The translations under genes were made by a program, and so were the position numbers. The notes under the pieces are model-generated. The model made no database searches. It saw only the letters and a list, made by a program, of their open reading frames with translations, and was not told where the DNA came from. From positions 124,001-188,000 of the forward strand of contig NW_025767597.1 in NCBI RefSeq assembly GCF_003918875.1: 64,000 nucleotides of DNA, read 5' to 3'. Positions 12,301 through 24,400 of this stretch are shown here, one piece after another; the first letter of the stretch is position 1, and every line of letters begins with the position of its first letter. The stretch is from Haliotis rubra (taxonomy: Eukaryota).

Positions 12301-13507
12301 ATTTATAGTCCAGTCAGTGTAACGCTATATAATGTCTACATAGTGTCATGACTTGCTACAAATCGGTGTGGTTATACTGCACAAAGGAATAGATCATTGA
12401 AATAAGCGCTGATCGCAACACAATATTATCAGGCTTTTAGTTATACACACAGATGCAAACTTTGAAGAGGGACAGATAATATGGCATACTGGTCTAAGCT
12501 TGATATACTATCAAATGAACTATTGGTATATACAATACCATTTCCGAGTTCAAATGCCGGTATGGTGTAGTTCCTGGAATTGGTATACTTCATCAGTTCT
12601 AAGGCGTTTGTAGGGTCCCATTGTCCGTCCTTTCTCTTCAGTACGTTGAGGCCAAACACCAGGTCCCATCCCACAATCGCCAGAAAGTAATTAAGATTGT
12701 CCCACATAGCACCTCAATGAGGAAAAATAGAAATGTATACTTCATACAAAACAGCCAGAATATTAATTTAAACAGGAATTATGTTGGTATACATATGTCC
12801 ATATCTGATTTATATGTCATAATTGAGGTATTATCCACACACTTAATGAGGCTTTCTTTATATTTTAGCCAGATGAAATCACGCTTCACGACAATACGTA
12901 AACCACTTTAGTTCCGGTTTCACCGAAATGAAAATAAAATGGCGATTATACGAACTAGGCAAACCAAACCGTTGAAAGTAATGAATCAGTTCAACATCAT
13001 CAGTTATAGTTGTCATGGCAACTATCGGGACACAGAAACATACCAGTATATGTGGAGTTTGCACTTCCACCCCCATGACCTGTTGGGTCAAAAGTCATGA
13101 AGTCCCCCGGCGTTCCCCCAATCCTCAGGTAGCATGGAGCCATTCCTTCCGCCAGGATCTGCACTTTGTGTGAGCTAGTTTTAAAATATTGTATCTTTTC
13201 AGAAACTGGAAACAGTTGCTTTGTATTCTAAGATGTAAGAGACATGTGCACCGTATTCATGCAATATATTATTTACCTAAAGCAATAAGAGTTATTTAAC
13301 TGTATTATGTAAGCCAGCTCACCTGAAATCAAGTCCATACCAATTAGCTGATATTGGTAGCATTGTTGAATCAAATGTCACTCCAACGAAACGGTTATCT
13401 ATCAATCCTATTTCTTTGTCTGTGGCAACAGTTACAGAAACAGATTGACTGTGTGTACATTGCATATACAAGGAACAGAGAATAACGAGCACACGTCTCA
13501 CATCCAT
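6381..13507 (-). CDS. HPSE-like: Heparanase-like GH79 copy B, 10 exons, ~480 aa, apparently intact
   Basis: Exons 13323-13507, 13044-13174, 12539-12712, 10606-10777, 10140-10190, 9650-9850, 8032-8146, 7278-7390, 6872-7012, 6381-6540 (sum 1443 nt). Motifs [14 protein letters not shown]|[55 protein letters not shown]. Confidence 0.93.
8277..8629 (-). mobile_element. tRNA-derived SINE, family 1, second copy
   Basis: Same head and body as 3573-3923; B box GGTTCGATCCC; (CCA)n tail; 12-bp TSD taacacacttgc (8265-8276 / 8630-8641). Confidence 0.9.
9234..9436 (-). mobile_element. 5'-truncated SINE family 3 copy with (TAA)n tail resembling the LINE 3' end
   Basis: Shares body with 2280-2355; its terminal gcatgctcaaggcgct matches gcatgctcaaagcgct at the 3' end of the LINE (19772-19788). 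Confidence 0.62.
10253..10457. repeat. Inverted repeat / MITE relic with a third arm copy
   Basis: ttatatacctctgattttccaacacagtatgt (10254) inverted at ~10332-10366 and repeated directly at ~10418. Confidence 0.65.
10821..11084 (-). mobile_element. (ACTC)n-tailed SINE-like element, family 2
   Basis: (GAGT)n on the + strand then conserved body ttttacgccgcactcagcaatat...ggtctgtaaataatcgagtctggaccag; 13-bp TSD gtctagtatgtga; about ten related copies in the window. Confidence 0.88.
11156..11900 (-). mobile_element. Decayed Tc1/mariner transposase relic in gene B intron 3
   Basis: Fragments TATQTAANLHKATGPQVTAQTIRNCL (Tc1 HTH), RGLVWRR...GER and FFHQGELPKHALVV (decayed FQQDNAxxH); several frameshifts. 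Confidence 0.7.
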
Positions 13508-13527
13508 AGTGTCAGCACTAAAGTACA

Positions 13528-13609
13528 TCAGATAAAGACGTATTTCTTTTAATCTGAAACAGCCATTTGGAGACCAGTACACATTGCTGATAAGCCAGAA
13601 ATGATAAGG
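13528..13609. promoter_or_regulatory. Conserved clustered GATA sites upstream of the start codon (also C, D, F)
   Basis: tgataagccagaaatgataag in B vs tgataagccagaactgataaa in F (52145-52165); cagataaa close to the ATG in B, C, D and E. Confidence 0.45.
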
Positions 13610-13667
13610 AAATAGTTGGCATTCGTGATGATGGAAAATTTCAGCTAAACTCAGAAGTGTCAATCAA

Positions 13668-13917
13668 CCCGTGAAGGTCCGTGTTAGAATATTGATCTTC
13701 AGTAACCCATGCTTGTCGTAAGAGGCGACTAACGGGACCGGGTGGTCAGGCTCGCTGGCTTGGTTGACACATCATCGGTTCAAAATTGCTCAGGTCGATC
13801 CTCATGCTGTTGATCCCTGGATTGTCTGGTCCAGACTCGATTATTTACAGACCGCCGCCATATAACTGGAATATTACTGAGTGTGGCGTAAAACTAACCT
13901 CACTCACTCACTCACTC
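13668..13917 (+). mobile_element. SINE family 2, full-length copy ~160 bp upstream of the gene B start codon
   Basis: Starts cccgtgaaggtccg, ends (ACTC)n; TSD ctcagaagtgtc(a/c)atca on both sides. Confidence 0.88.
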
Positions 13918-14239
13918 TCTCAGAAGTGTCCATCAGTGTTCCGATTTCCCAAAGTTTACTAGTTTCTGTTGGTATCCCACACAATACGGTGATATATACT
14001 ACCGTTTATGTGAAAGATCTCAATATGTTCTGAGGAGAAATGATGCCAGCTGTAGAAAAAATATTTTGATGCCCGTCACTAATTACTGCTTGTCATGGAA
14101 GACACAATATTGGATAACGCTGTCAGATTTAAAACTAATCTGCATGTCATCATGAGAAAATAAGCTCTGGGTCAGTTTATTTGCGTGTATGTGCGTATAT
14201 ATCTATGCTTGATAACGATTGATAACAGAGTATTTGGGA

Positions 14240-14900
14240 TGTGACATACGCCTACCGCATATGAAACTGTATGACATCTTTGATGCTTACAACAATAAAC
14301 AGAATATAATCATTCAGACGCCTAAAGCTCTTTGAGTTTACTATAAACAGTCTGGCGTACGGAGCTATTGAAGAACAATCAGGAACAAGTTATGGTTTAT
14401 CCTCACCAACACGGACCTGCTCTGAACTACATTCGTGGCGCTTTGAGGTATATTTAGTCCAGTATGAAGACATTTAGGCATCCCCGTTGGCACAACCTAT
14501 ACTCCCCTTCTTACAGATCTGTTTCATTACGCATACTGAATCAGAATTTCTGCTCGGATTGGAAAAGTAAAATAAGTTAATTTGGTAAAGAAACGTAACC
14601 TACGCTTCACGTATACCATGGTCTGATATGGCTTAGTCAGTATCATAAACCGATTCCCTTCAACTGATTGGTCCACCAGCAATAGGAACAATGGAGACCA
14701 GGGACACCGTCTGAACAGAAGTTGTCCGATCGAGGTGACAAGACCTCAGTGAAGCTTTCAAAAAGATTTATGGTACCCACGAGGACATTTCAATATCTGT
14801 CATCAGTACAAAAAGGATCTCCGATGCAATTAATTATTTTGACCTGTAACACACGTTCCCGATTCTTTCAGGTGAACAATTGACTACAATTTGGATTTGT
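14240..14900 (+). mobile_element. Decayed Penelope-like reverse transcriptase relic
   Basis: 14478-14530 translates GIPVGTTYTPLLTDLFH, resembling the PLE motif GIPMGTNCAPLLADLFL; an FK(K)FYG-like stretch near 14757-14775. Confidence 0.5.
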
Positions 14901-15480
14901 CAATGGTGGTGGGGCGGAATGCGCTCATGTTTCTTGAACACGTCGTCTCATCAATAGTTCATAGTTATTCATAAGTGCATGCTCATTATTTAATCCGAAT
15001 CGTACATTCGGCAGAGATTTCTTTGGGTGAATATTTTTATGAACACAGATTTTCAGTGGTACGGAGACCCGCTCTGCCACTTGCAGAAGTCGGACGGAAA
15101 TTCTTCATCATGGTCGTAGTCGTGAACAAACATAGATCTCGTCTTTGTAACATTTTCCCGAAGAGATCTGAGATCGATATCATTGTGCTGGTATATTTAA
15201 TGTTCAACCATGTACATGTGGGTTCGAATCCCGGATGGGCCTCAACTCAACAAAAGAACTAGAAACTGTACTTTACTGGGAAAGTGTAATTCCAAATATA
15301 ACACGTGTTACATGTGTGTGTTGGCAAATGCTCCACAGTACGTATATTCTATTAATAGTATACTTGCACTTTTACACATTGAGTGCATTGCACGCATTAC
15401 TGCAGAATACCAGCAAGAACAAAAGCAAACTTTATAATGAAACTTTGTTTGGTACACATTACAACACATGACATTCAGTA

Positions 15481-18400
15481 TCACATGCAGATATTAACAT
15501 CGGCATCAGGGAACACAACGAACCCGAAGGTGTTTGCTGGGATATTGAGGCTCCCACCATACGCTCGTTTAGGCGGCATTTCGGGGAGGGTGTTGTTCAC
15601 ATAATCCAGCCGTTCACTATTTAAAGTGACATTCCTGAAATTACAAGATCATAAGATGTATAATGTCTCTGGCAATATGAAACCACGTCCCAGCAACAAC
15701 AACCTATAAATTATACAGCTGCATCAAAAACAGTTTACAACAGTACAAATCACTTTTGAGAGGCAAGCCTGTATCCATTTATTCTCTGAGGTTTAATATG
15801 TTCCAATTAACTCCTCTGAATACTGAGGCAAATCGGTGGTGGATATTATATGAACGGATCACTGGATATCACTGACGTGCTCATAAAAATTCAACTCGCC
15901 TTGAAGTAAGGTCTGGGAACTCTGGTTGAAGCCAGAAGACATCCATATTGGTTTTGAATTGTGGGAAGGTGACGACGGTGGTGTAGTTGTTGACGTTGAT
16001 GATGTAGACAACGACACTACCTGGCTTGTAGTTGTAGAGACTGTAACAATACATTTGCAACACTTTGAGTGATGGGGCAATGTTGTTAAGAACATCAAAA
16101 AACCATTAAATGCCTTGGGAATCTGAGTGGATGTGTTTGTCATTGTAGGCAGACATGGTCTAATTTCGTTGCAGATATTCTTTCAGCATACGTTTTTGAT
16201 TAAATTTGGCACATGCTGATAATTAACGTGCCTGTCTCTCCTTGTTGTGTGTGAAAGTGATTTTGACTGTTGAAATAATCGTCATGAATTATGTCCTAGA
16301 TGCCCAGATAGAACATCATCAAACACGTTCCAAATGAGTACCTGTCCTGTTTTGCACAGTGGGCGTAGACTCTGAAACTGTTGGTTGAGTTGGTCTGTAC
16401 AGATAACACCTTGTACCCAACCAGCCTCTTGTAGAGCACCGTCAGATAATAGTCCTGGAAAGTGACACATTCAGACTTAATATCATACAGCATAAAGCAC
16501 GTGTCATCAGATAGTCAAATTTGTGTTATTACTCTTATAGACATGAGCCAGTGGTAAGACACGTGATCAGGAACAACACGTGGACACAGGTTTCATTAAA
16601 AGCTTGAGGGATCCACGTCCGCTGAACAAGTTACAGCGGCAGTCCAACATTCGCAACACATCCCCATCCCATCCCCATCCCATCTACACTCACACATTCG
16701 TTCACCAGACAAAGTGTAATACTACGTACTACATTTTTGTATCTTGATAGTGATTACGTTCATGGTGAAAAGTAATAAAATCCTTCCATTATCACAAGAT
16801 GTCGCAAATGTATGCAGTGAGGCATTTAGAAACTGAGGCCTTCAGATAATCGTGTTTAGCTGCTGAATTTGATGATTCCCCACGCTTCAGCAGAATTCAG
16901 TATATATTCCCTTGTTTCCTGTTTAACGGGAAAACAGTACAATGCCCAGGTCACACAGTACAATGGCCAGGTCACACCTTGCAAAGGTCAGGTCACACCG
17001 TGCAATGGTCAGGTCACACAGTATAATGCCCAGGACACACAGTACAAAGCCCAGGTACAGTGCCCCAGGTGCATCACTATTACGTGCTCTACAATATATA
17101 TCCGAGTTGAACACTCTGTGGTTCTGCAAACCCTAAGCAAACTGAACAAGATAAGTTTTGTACGTACCGGATAGGGTTCAAACGTGTTCATCTCGATGAG
17201 AGAATAGTTTTGCCCATAGTACGATTGTCTTAACACCCCTTTAAGTCCGATCCGTGCAGCAATCCCAAGCTTGTCTAACCATCTGAAACATCGACGACAA
17301 TACCATGTACATGTTCATGTCAATATACAAGTCATGCTTTGTTTTTTTTAAAATGAGTACATTATCTATACTATGATAGTGTTATAAGCTCCAGTCAGCA
17401 GTAACCCAGGGCTATCAATGACTATCAATGTGTGCGATTAGGTGCCTGACCTTGCAAGTGTGGGTTCGAATCCAGGATGGGACTTGACCCCATAGAAATG
17501 TACTAGAATCCGAACATTACTCAGAAGGTGTAATCCCAAATATAATTTACTGGACACTTTCTAAGAAGGCCTTCTGTTTTCAAACTTATATGTTAGTCAT
17601 TAACTCGTGTGGTACACAGTTTACCTGAATTATCACACAAAATATGATGCAATACACATATCGACAACTTCAGGTAAAAGAAGGTTTGTAAACCAGGGCC
17701 TCCTTTCACAAAGCACTAAGGTGATCGTAAGTCCCTAAGGTGATCTTAGTACAATGTTAAAGAATGGGAGTTAAGGTTAACCTTAGTAAAGGTTGCTTCG
17801 TGAAAGGACCCCCTGGATCGCTAACCATGACCGTTCGTTTTGTTTGAAATATATCCTTAATTTTTGAGTCTGTGAATTCCGGGACTGCTGTGATTTGTAG
17901 GGCACGGTTCTAATGACAAAGTGTTAAAAGAGCTGACACAATGCATGGTGGCGAGTGTACATGTAAGCCATCGTTCCTTGTGCATTTACTGCACTCATAA
18001 TATCATCCTCTGATTTTCCTCATTTTACTCAGCAGATACATTTTGAAAGCATACAAAAAGGAACGTTGACCTTTTGAATACTGACATTGTGGTGACATAC
18101 TCACAGAAAGCCGGCTACATATCTGTCAGATAGTCCAGGGGCTCCCCCTCCCGAGAAAGACGATGTCTCACCAAGCAACAATGGAGTGTTGGGGTCGGCA
18201 GGGGTGGTGACGTTACGTACAATATCAATGAATGTTATCAGGCTGTCCATCACTTTTGGGTCGATGAAGGTCTCCACTTTGACATTGCCTTCGAAGCCGT
18301 AGTAACTAAACATTCAATTGATTTCGAAATTAGGTTTTGCAAAATGTGGTGTTTAAGGCCTCATGCAAAGGTAACAACAGGAACCAGATTTCAACATGAC

Positions 18401-21400
18401 TTAGTATGATAGAGCTTGGGATGGGACCACAGAGTTTCCGCCTTCCGTCGATCTACCAGATCATGGAGACGACATGACAAAAGTCTAACAATATGTCCTG
18501 TAGTCCACACATTTTAATGAACCAGCTTTACAAGAAACACATTTCAAAAGCAATATTCTCTCGAACTTCAGTAATCCTTCAAAACGGGTCGGCTGATATA
18601 AGTGTACATCTCAGTTTGGTAGAAGAGCCTGCAACTCTGATGCTGCTTGAAGCAATACAAATCTGATGAACATTTTTAAACATCGGAGAGTTGCTGTCCG
18701 CATTGTCCAGTTTCATGACAAACTGAACATAGTGTGTCTGTTGTCCACAGACACAGATCTATGATATCTTTCCCGAAACGAAACGTCCTGATATACATGC
18801 ACATGGTTTATGTCAGAGATAAGAGAGCAAAGATAAAACTAACAGCTGAAATGCCTTGTGTCAGGTCTTTGAAATATAGACACATGCCAAAGGGAAATGG
18901 AGTGGCCTCCCTTCCTCTCAAAATAATGTGTGACATAGTTCATCGTTGGTCCGGTAGACGTCAGGGCGCGGAGTGGTTGCGAGTAATGTTCATATTGGAT
19001 CGCTACTTTATATAATTCTTACAATCACATAGAACTTCCTAAGTTCCCAGACAAATTTCTTCATTGTTTATGAAAGGCTGACGCAGAAAATTACCAAAAT
19101 AATTAACAGTGTGTCATTGTTCAGAAAATATTTTTCGGCTGTACTATGCCATTAACCTATTGACGGACTAAAATGACCACTTTGAGAAATCCAATTAAGT
19201 TCTCAGTTCTCCGTAATATTAACCGCACTAGAAAACATCTCGAACATTTGTGATTTATAAAGTATCTGCTGCCAAATACAACTAAACTAATTATAAGATA
19301 AGTAAGACAATGATACAAGACTACTCACTGGTGGAAGGTTATCTTGTCGAGCGCTTTTCTTCCGTTGCTTTCAAAGAAACTGTAAAAAATATAACATGAT
19401 TCGTTTCATAATGACCTGCCAAAACATAACTGAATGAGTAAGTTTAGTTTTACGCCGCACTCAGTAATATTCCAGCTACATGGCGGTGGTCTGTATATAA
19501 TCGAGTCTAGACCACAATTCCGTGATCAACAGCATCAGCATCGATCTATGCAATTGGGATGCGATGACGTGTGTCAACCAAGTCAGTGAGCCCGACCACC
19601 CAATGCCGTTATGACATGCATGGTTTACTGAAGACCAATTCTAACAACGATCTTCTCGGCTTCCAAAACATAAGGTATTAGGACGTACCAGTAGGGGCAT
19701 GGTATATAATCAGTAGCATATATTAATAATAATAATAAATGGATATTTCTTATGCGCCATAGTCCATCCAGAGCATGCTCAAAGCGCTACATATAAAAAG
19801 AGTGACTAGAGTTCAAGAAGAAGATATGACAATTAGCCAAAAATAACCGTGAGAGTATTTTACAGTTATAGGTTGTAGACTTTTTTTGAAGAGGAAGGTT
19901 TTGAGTCCCGATTTGAATGCTTCTAGGGATGAAGCATTTTTTTATGGGAGTAGGAAGACTGTTCCATAGGGTTGGTGCTGCAAATTTGAATGACCTATGG
20001 CCAAAGTGTTTGAGACGAACTTGGGGAACTGAGAGAAGATGTTGATTCTGAGAGCGGAGAGAACGGGCAGGCATATATGTTGACAACATCTCAGAGAGGT
20101 ATGGAGGAGCTAGGCCGTGTTTGCAGCGGAAAACAAGAGTGCAGATCTTGAAATGAATTCTTGCTTCAACCGGCAGCCAATGCAGACTCTGGAGGATTGG
20201 GGTTATGTGAGTCCATTTGGATGTTTTAGTGACAACTCTGGCGGCAGCATTCTGAAGTTTTGAAGTCTGAAGAGAAGATCATTGGAGATTCCAAACAGTA
20301 GGCTATTGCAATAGTCAATCCTGGAGAGAACAAGTGACTGAGTGAGAACTTTAGCAGCATCTGTGATTACAAGATGGCGGATGTTACCAATAGAGTGGAG
20401 ATGGAAGTAGCCTACTCTACAGAGATGGTTCACATGTTGCTCCATGGTGAGACAAGGATCAAGATGAACACCTAGGTTTTTTACACTGGATGAAAGTGGG
20501 ATATCTGAGTTGGCTACTGTGATGTCCGTAGAGTTTATCCTTTTCAGACATTGCGATGTGCCAATCAACATAGCCTCAGTCTTATCATCTTTGAGCTTCA
20601 GCTCATTTGTCATCATCCATGAACTAATTGCCTTCGTGCACTGACTCACTCTAGATCTGGCTATTTGTACATCCTCTGGTTTGAAGGAATCCATCAATTG
20701 GAGGTCGTCTGCAAATGCGTGGTGATTCAGATCAAAGTTATCAATGACCTTCTCCAAAGGGTTTGTGTATAACACAAAGAGAAGCGGCCCAAGGACTGAG
20801 CCCTGGGGTACACCACACTCTAGGATCGTTGACTCAGAGATGCTTTCAGAGACAAGAACTGACTGACTCCTCATGCTCAGATAGGAACGGAACCAGGCCA
20901 ATGCATCCCCTTGTATGTTATAGTCATCCTGAAGACGGCTAAGGAGCTTCTGATGGTTGACCGTGTCGAACGCCGCTGAGAGATCAAGCAAGAGGAGAAG
21001 TGACACATTACCCAAATCCGCATGGCATCTCAAGTTATTCAGAATTTGAAGTAAAGGCGGTCTCGGTACTGTGCCTAGGACGATAGGCTGATTGGAATCT
21101 GTTCAGAAAATCATTTGAAGAGAGATAGGATCTGAGTCTGACATCAACTGCACGTTCAAGGATCTTGGAAAGGAAAGAGAGGTTGGAGACAGGTCTGTAA
21201 TTCTTGAGAGTATTGATATCCAAATTGTCTTTCTTAAGTAATGGCTTTACCACAGCTTGCTTGAACACCTCTGGAAAGACACCATTACCTAAGCTCAAGT
21301 TGATCAGTTTCGTGATAACTGGCAAAAGAGTCTCCAAAAAGTCATCAAGGAGACGAGTTGGCATCGGATCGAAAAGACACAATGTCTTTTTTGACCGTTT

Positions 21401-24400
21401 GATGAGTGCAGCTATCTCACCCTCAGTGAAAGAATCAAAGGTGTCCAGGCAGATCCCATCATCGGGTGGGCATGTTGAAGGATCCTGTGTGTCAAGAAAT
21501 GTTTGGTCAAAGCTTTTCCTGATATTTTCAATTTTACTTGAGAAGTAGGCTGAAAAATTGTCAGCAAGATCCTTGTCATTAGTGGACGGTGGTAATGGGG
21601 TATCATTCTTCTTGCCAAGTAGAGATCCCATGAATTTGTGATAGAAGGAAGGATTTTTCACATTGTCAGAGAGTTTCTTGGTACAGTAACTGGATTTGGC
21701 TCCTCTAAGAGCCCTAGCACAAGAGTTCCGCTCAGACTTATACAACTGACGGTGAATTTCAAGGCGACTCTTCCGCCATTTTCTCTCTGCAGCTCTGCGT
21801 TTCCGCTTGGCTAAGAGAACCTGCTCATTATACCAAGGAGTCCCTGATCTGACAATTATTTCCTTCAGAGCTGATGGAGCATGTTTATCTAAGAGAGATG
21901 ACAATGTGGATGAATACAACTCAGCCAGTTGGTTTACATCATCCGGGGGGTCTTGGAGTAAGTCAGAGTTTACAAGATCTCTTCGAAACTCAACATTGTC
22001 AATAGACTTGAGATTACGACAGGATTGTTTGATAGTCTGACGCTGAGGTCTGTCCATACTCCAGGTCATAGAAACCAGAAAGTGGTCGGAAAGTTGTATA
22101 TCCTGCACATTGACAGAAGACACTAAGGAACTACTTTCAGAGGATATCACCCAGTCAAGGATATGGCCTCCTTTATGTGTTGGAGCATCAACATACTGAC
22201 ACAAACTATGTTGTTTCATCTTCTTTGTATCTGAGCACTGATTGTTATCGTAGTGAATATTAAAATCACCTAGCAAAATAGTGTTCAACTGATTGTACCT
22301 CTCAACGAGTACAGACAACTCACCATGGAATACAGAGGTTGAAAGTTGGTTTTTCTTTGACGACGGTGGACGATACAAACACACAACACGAGCACAAGTA
22401 TTTCCAGAACTAATTTTAGTGTTGATTGACTCAAAGCTTTTGAATTCTTCCAAATTGTCTAAACATTCTATCTGAATGTTAGACCTATGTATCACTGCTA
22501 CACCCCCACCAGCGCGCTGGGATCTTGGAGCATGTATGCAGCTGTATCCAGGGGGTGTCAGCTCAGCGATTTTCACTTCATCCCCCTCTTTTCGTAACCA
22601 TGTCTCAGTGAGAAAAAGAATGTCAATATCATTTTCCTGAATCAAATCAGATAGTTCCAAAGTCTTGTTTTTTGCATGATTGAACGTTTATCAAGGAGAC
22701 ACTGAGTGTATTTGGAAATCTTCTAGGATAAACTTGAACCAGGTTGTTAAAGTTAACACCTGACCTCCTTGTTCCATCGTCCTTGAATCACTTTAATCCG
22801 TTTTGGTATCTTTCTGCCAGCTCTACATCCTCTTCTGGTTCGCTTTCTTAATGAAATTCTAAGATTATTCAGATGGTGAAGTAGTTCAGAGTTATGTCCC
22901 TTGGCAGTTGTTCCAAGATGTGCACTTGAACACTTTTCACCAATGGCAAGCAGAGTCTCCCTGCTGTAGGCTATTGTTGACTGATTGATCATTGTTACAC
23001 TGGCCGAGTCAGCTTGGGTTTTGAAGGCCTCAGCTACACCCTTGATTGGTGGTGAACTCAAGTTGACAATAAAATCAACCTTTATGAATGAGATTATTAT
23101 ACACAAAATCCACATTTCAGTCCCCAAAGTCTCAAAAATTGCAGCAATGTGTGGAGGAAATGATCATGTACAATATGATCAACTTTGTAGAATCAAATTT
23201 GTACAATAATCCAGTGAAAAAGTCCAAGTTTGTGAGAGCACAAAAGACATGCTGCTGCTACCAAGCGCAGTATCATACATATTACTTATTCTATATCATA
23301 TAAGGTTGCGTTGTCTCAGAAAAAAACATTAATAACAATTATATTAATCACAAGAATGTCTGTTCACTCACGTTTTAAACAGAATTGATTTCGGTCCCGA
23401 GATGGCTGTTACGTCGGGTCCAATAACAAGGGTAGATTCAAACCCAGGAGTAGACTTGAGGATTGCCCTGAGATGGACAAAATCTCGCCCCAGCTGTGCT
23501 CCAGATATTGTATCGGTGAAGGGCGGGGGAAAGTATGCAGGTTCTAGAGAACAACCAGAGAACGTTTTCGTGGTATCAATTTGTAATACACAGAGATGAA
23601 GATTCCAGGAAGATTTATTATGGTAAACAAAGATGACATAGCTATGCATATTATCCAGTGAGCTATAGAACATTACAATACCATTTCCCAGTTCAAATGC
23701 GGGTATCTTGTAGTTCCTGGAAATGGTGTAGTTCATCAGTTCCATGGCATTCGCAGGGTCCCACTGTCCGTGCTTCCGCTTCAGTAAATTTAGGGCAAAC
23801 ACAAGGTCCCATCCTACAGTCTTCACGAAGTCATTTACGTTGTCCCACATAGCACTTCAATGATAAAATGAAGAAGTTTATAAGTCAGCTGAAAATATCC
23901 AGAATATTGCGTGTACTCATATAGTTAGCACAATCATTTGTCATTCATGCATGCTGAACGGTATGAATCAGCTAAGCACTACTTATTTAGTATTGTTATG
24001 GCATTATAGTAGAGCTGCAAAAACAATATACGACATAGGACATATAGCTATACCGGTGTAAGTGGAGATTGCACTTGTACCCCCATGACCTGTTGGGTCA
24101 AAGGTCATAAAATCTCCAGGTGTTCCGCCTATCCGCAGGTAGCACGGAGACATCGCTTTAGCCAGCGTCTGGACTTTAGGTGATCTAGTATTAAAGCAAA
24201 GTTTATTTTCAAAGTTGCTTTAATATTTATAAACTTCAAAGAATATGCACCATATGAATGTATTTCATTGTAAAACTCAAACACTTAAGAGCTATTAATT
24301 TATCTGTATGAAGTACGCCCACTCACCTGAAATCAAGTCCATACCAATTAGCTGATATTGGTAGCATTGATGAATCAAATGTCACTCCAACGAAATGGTC

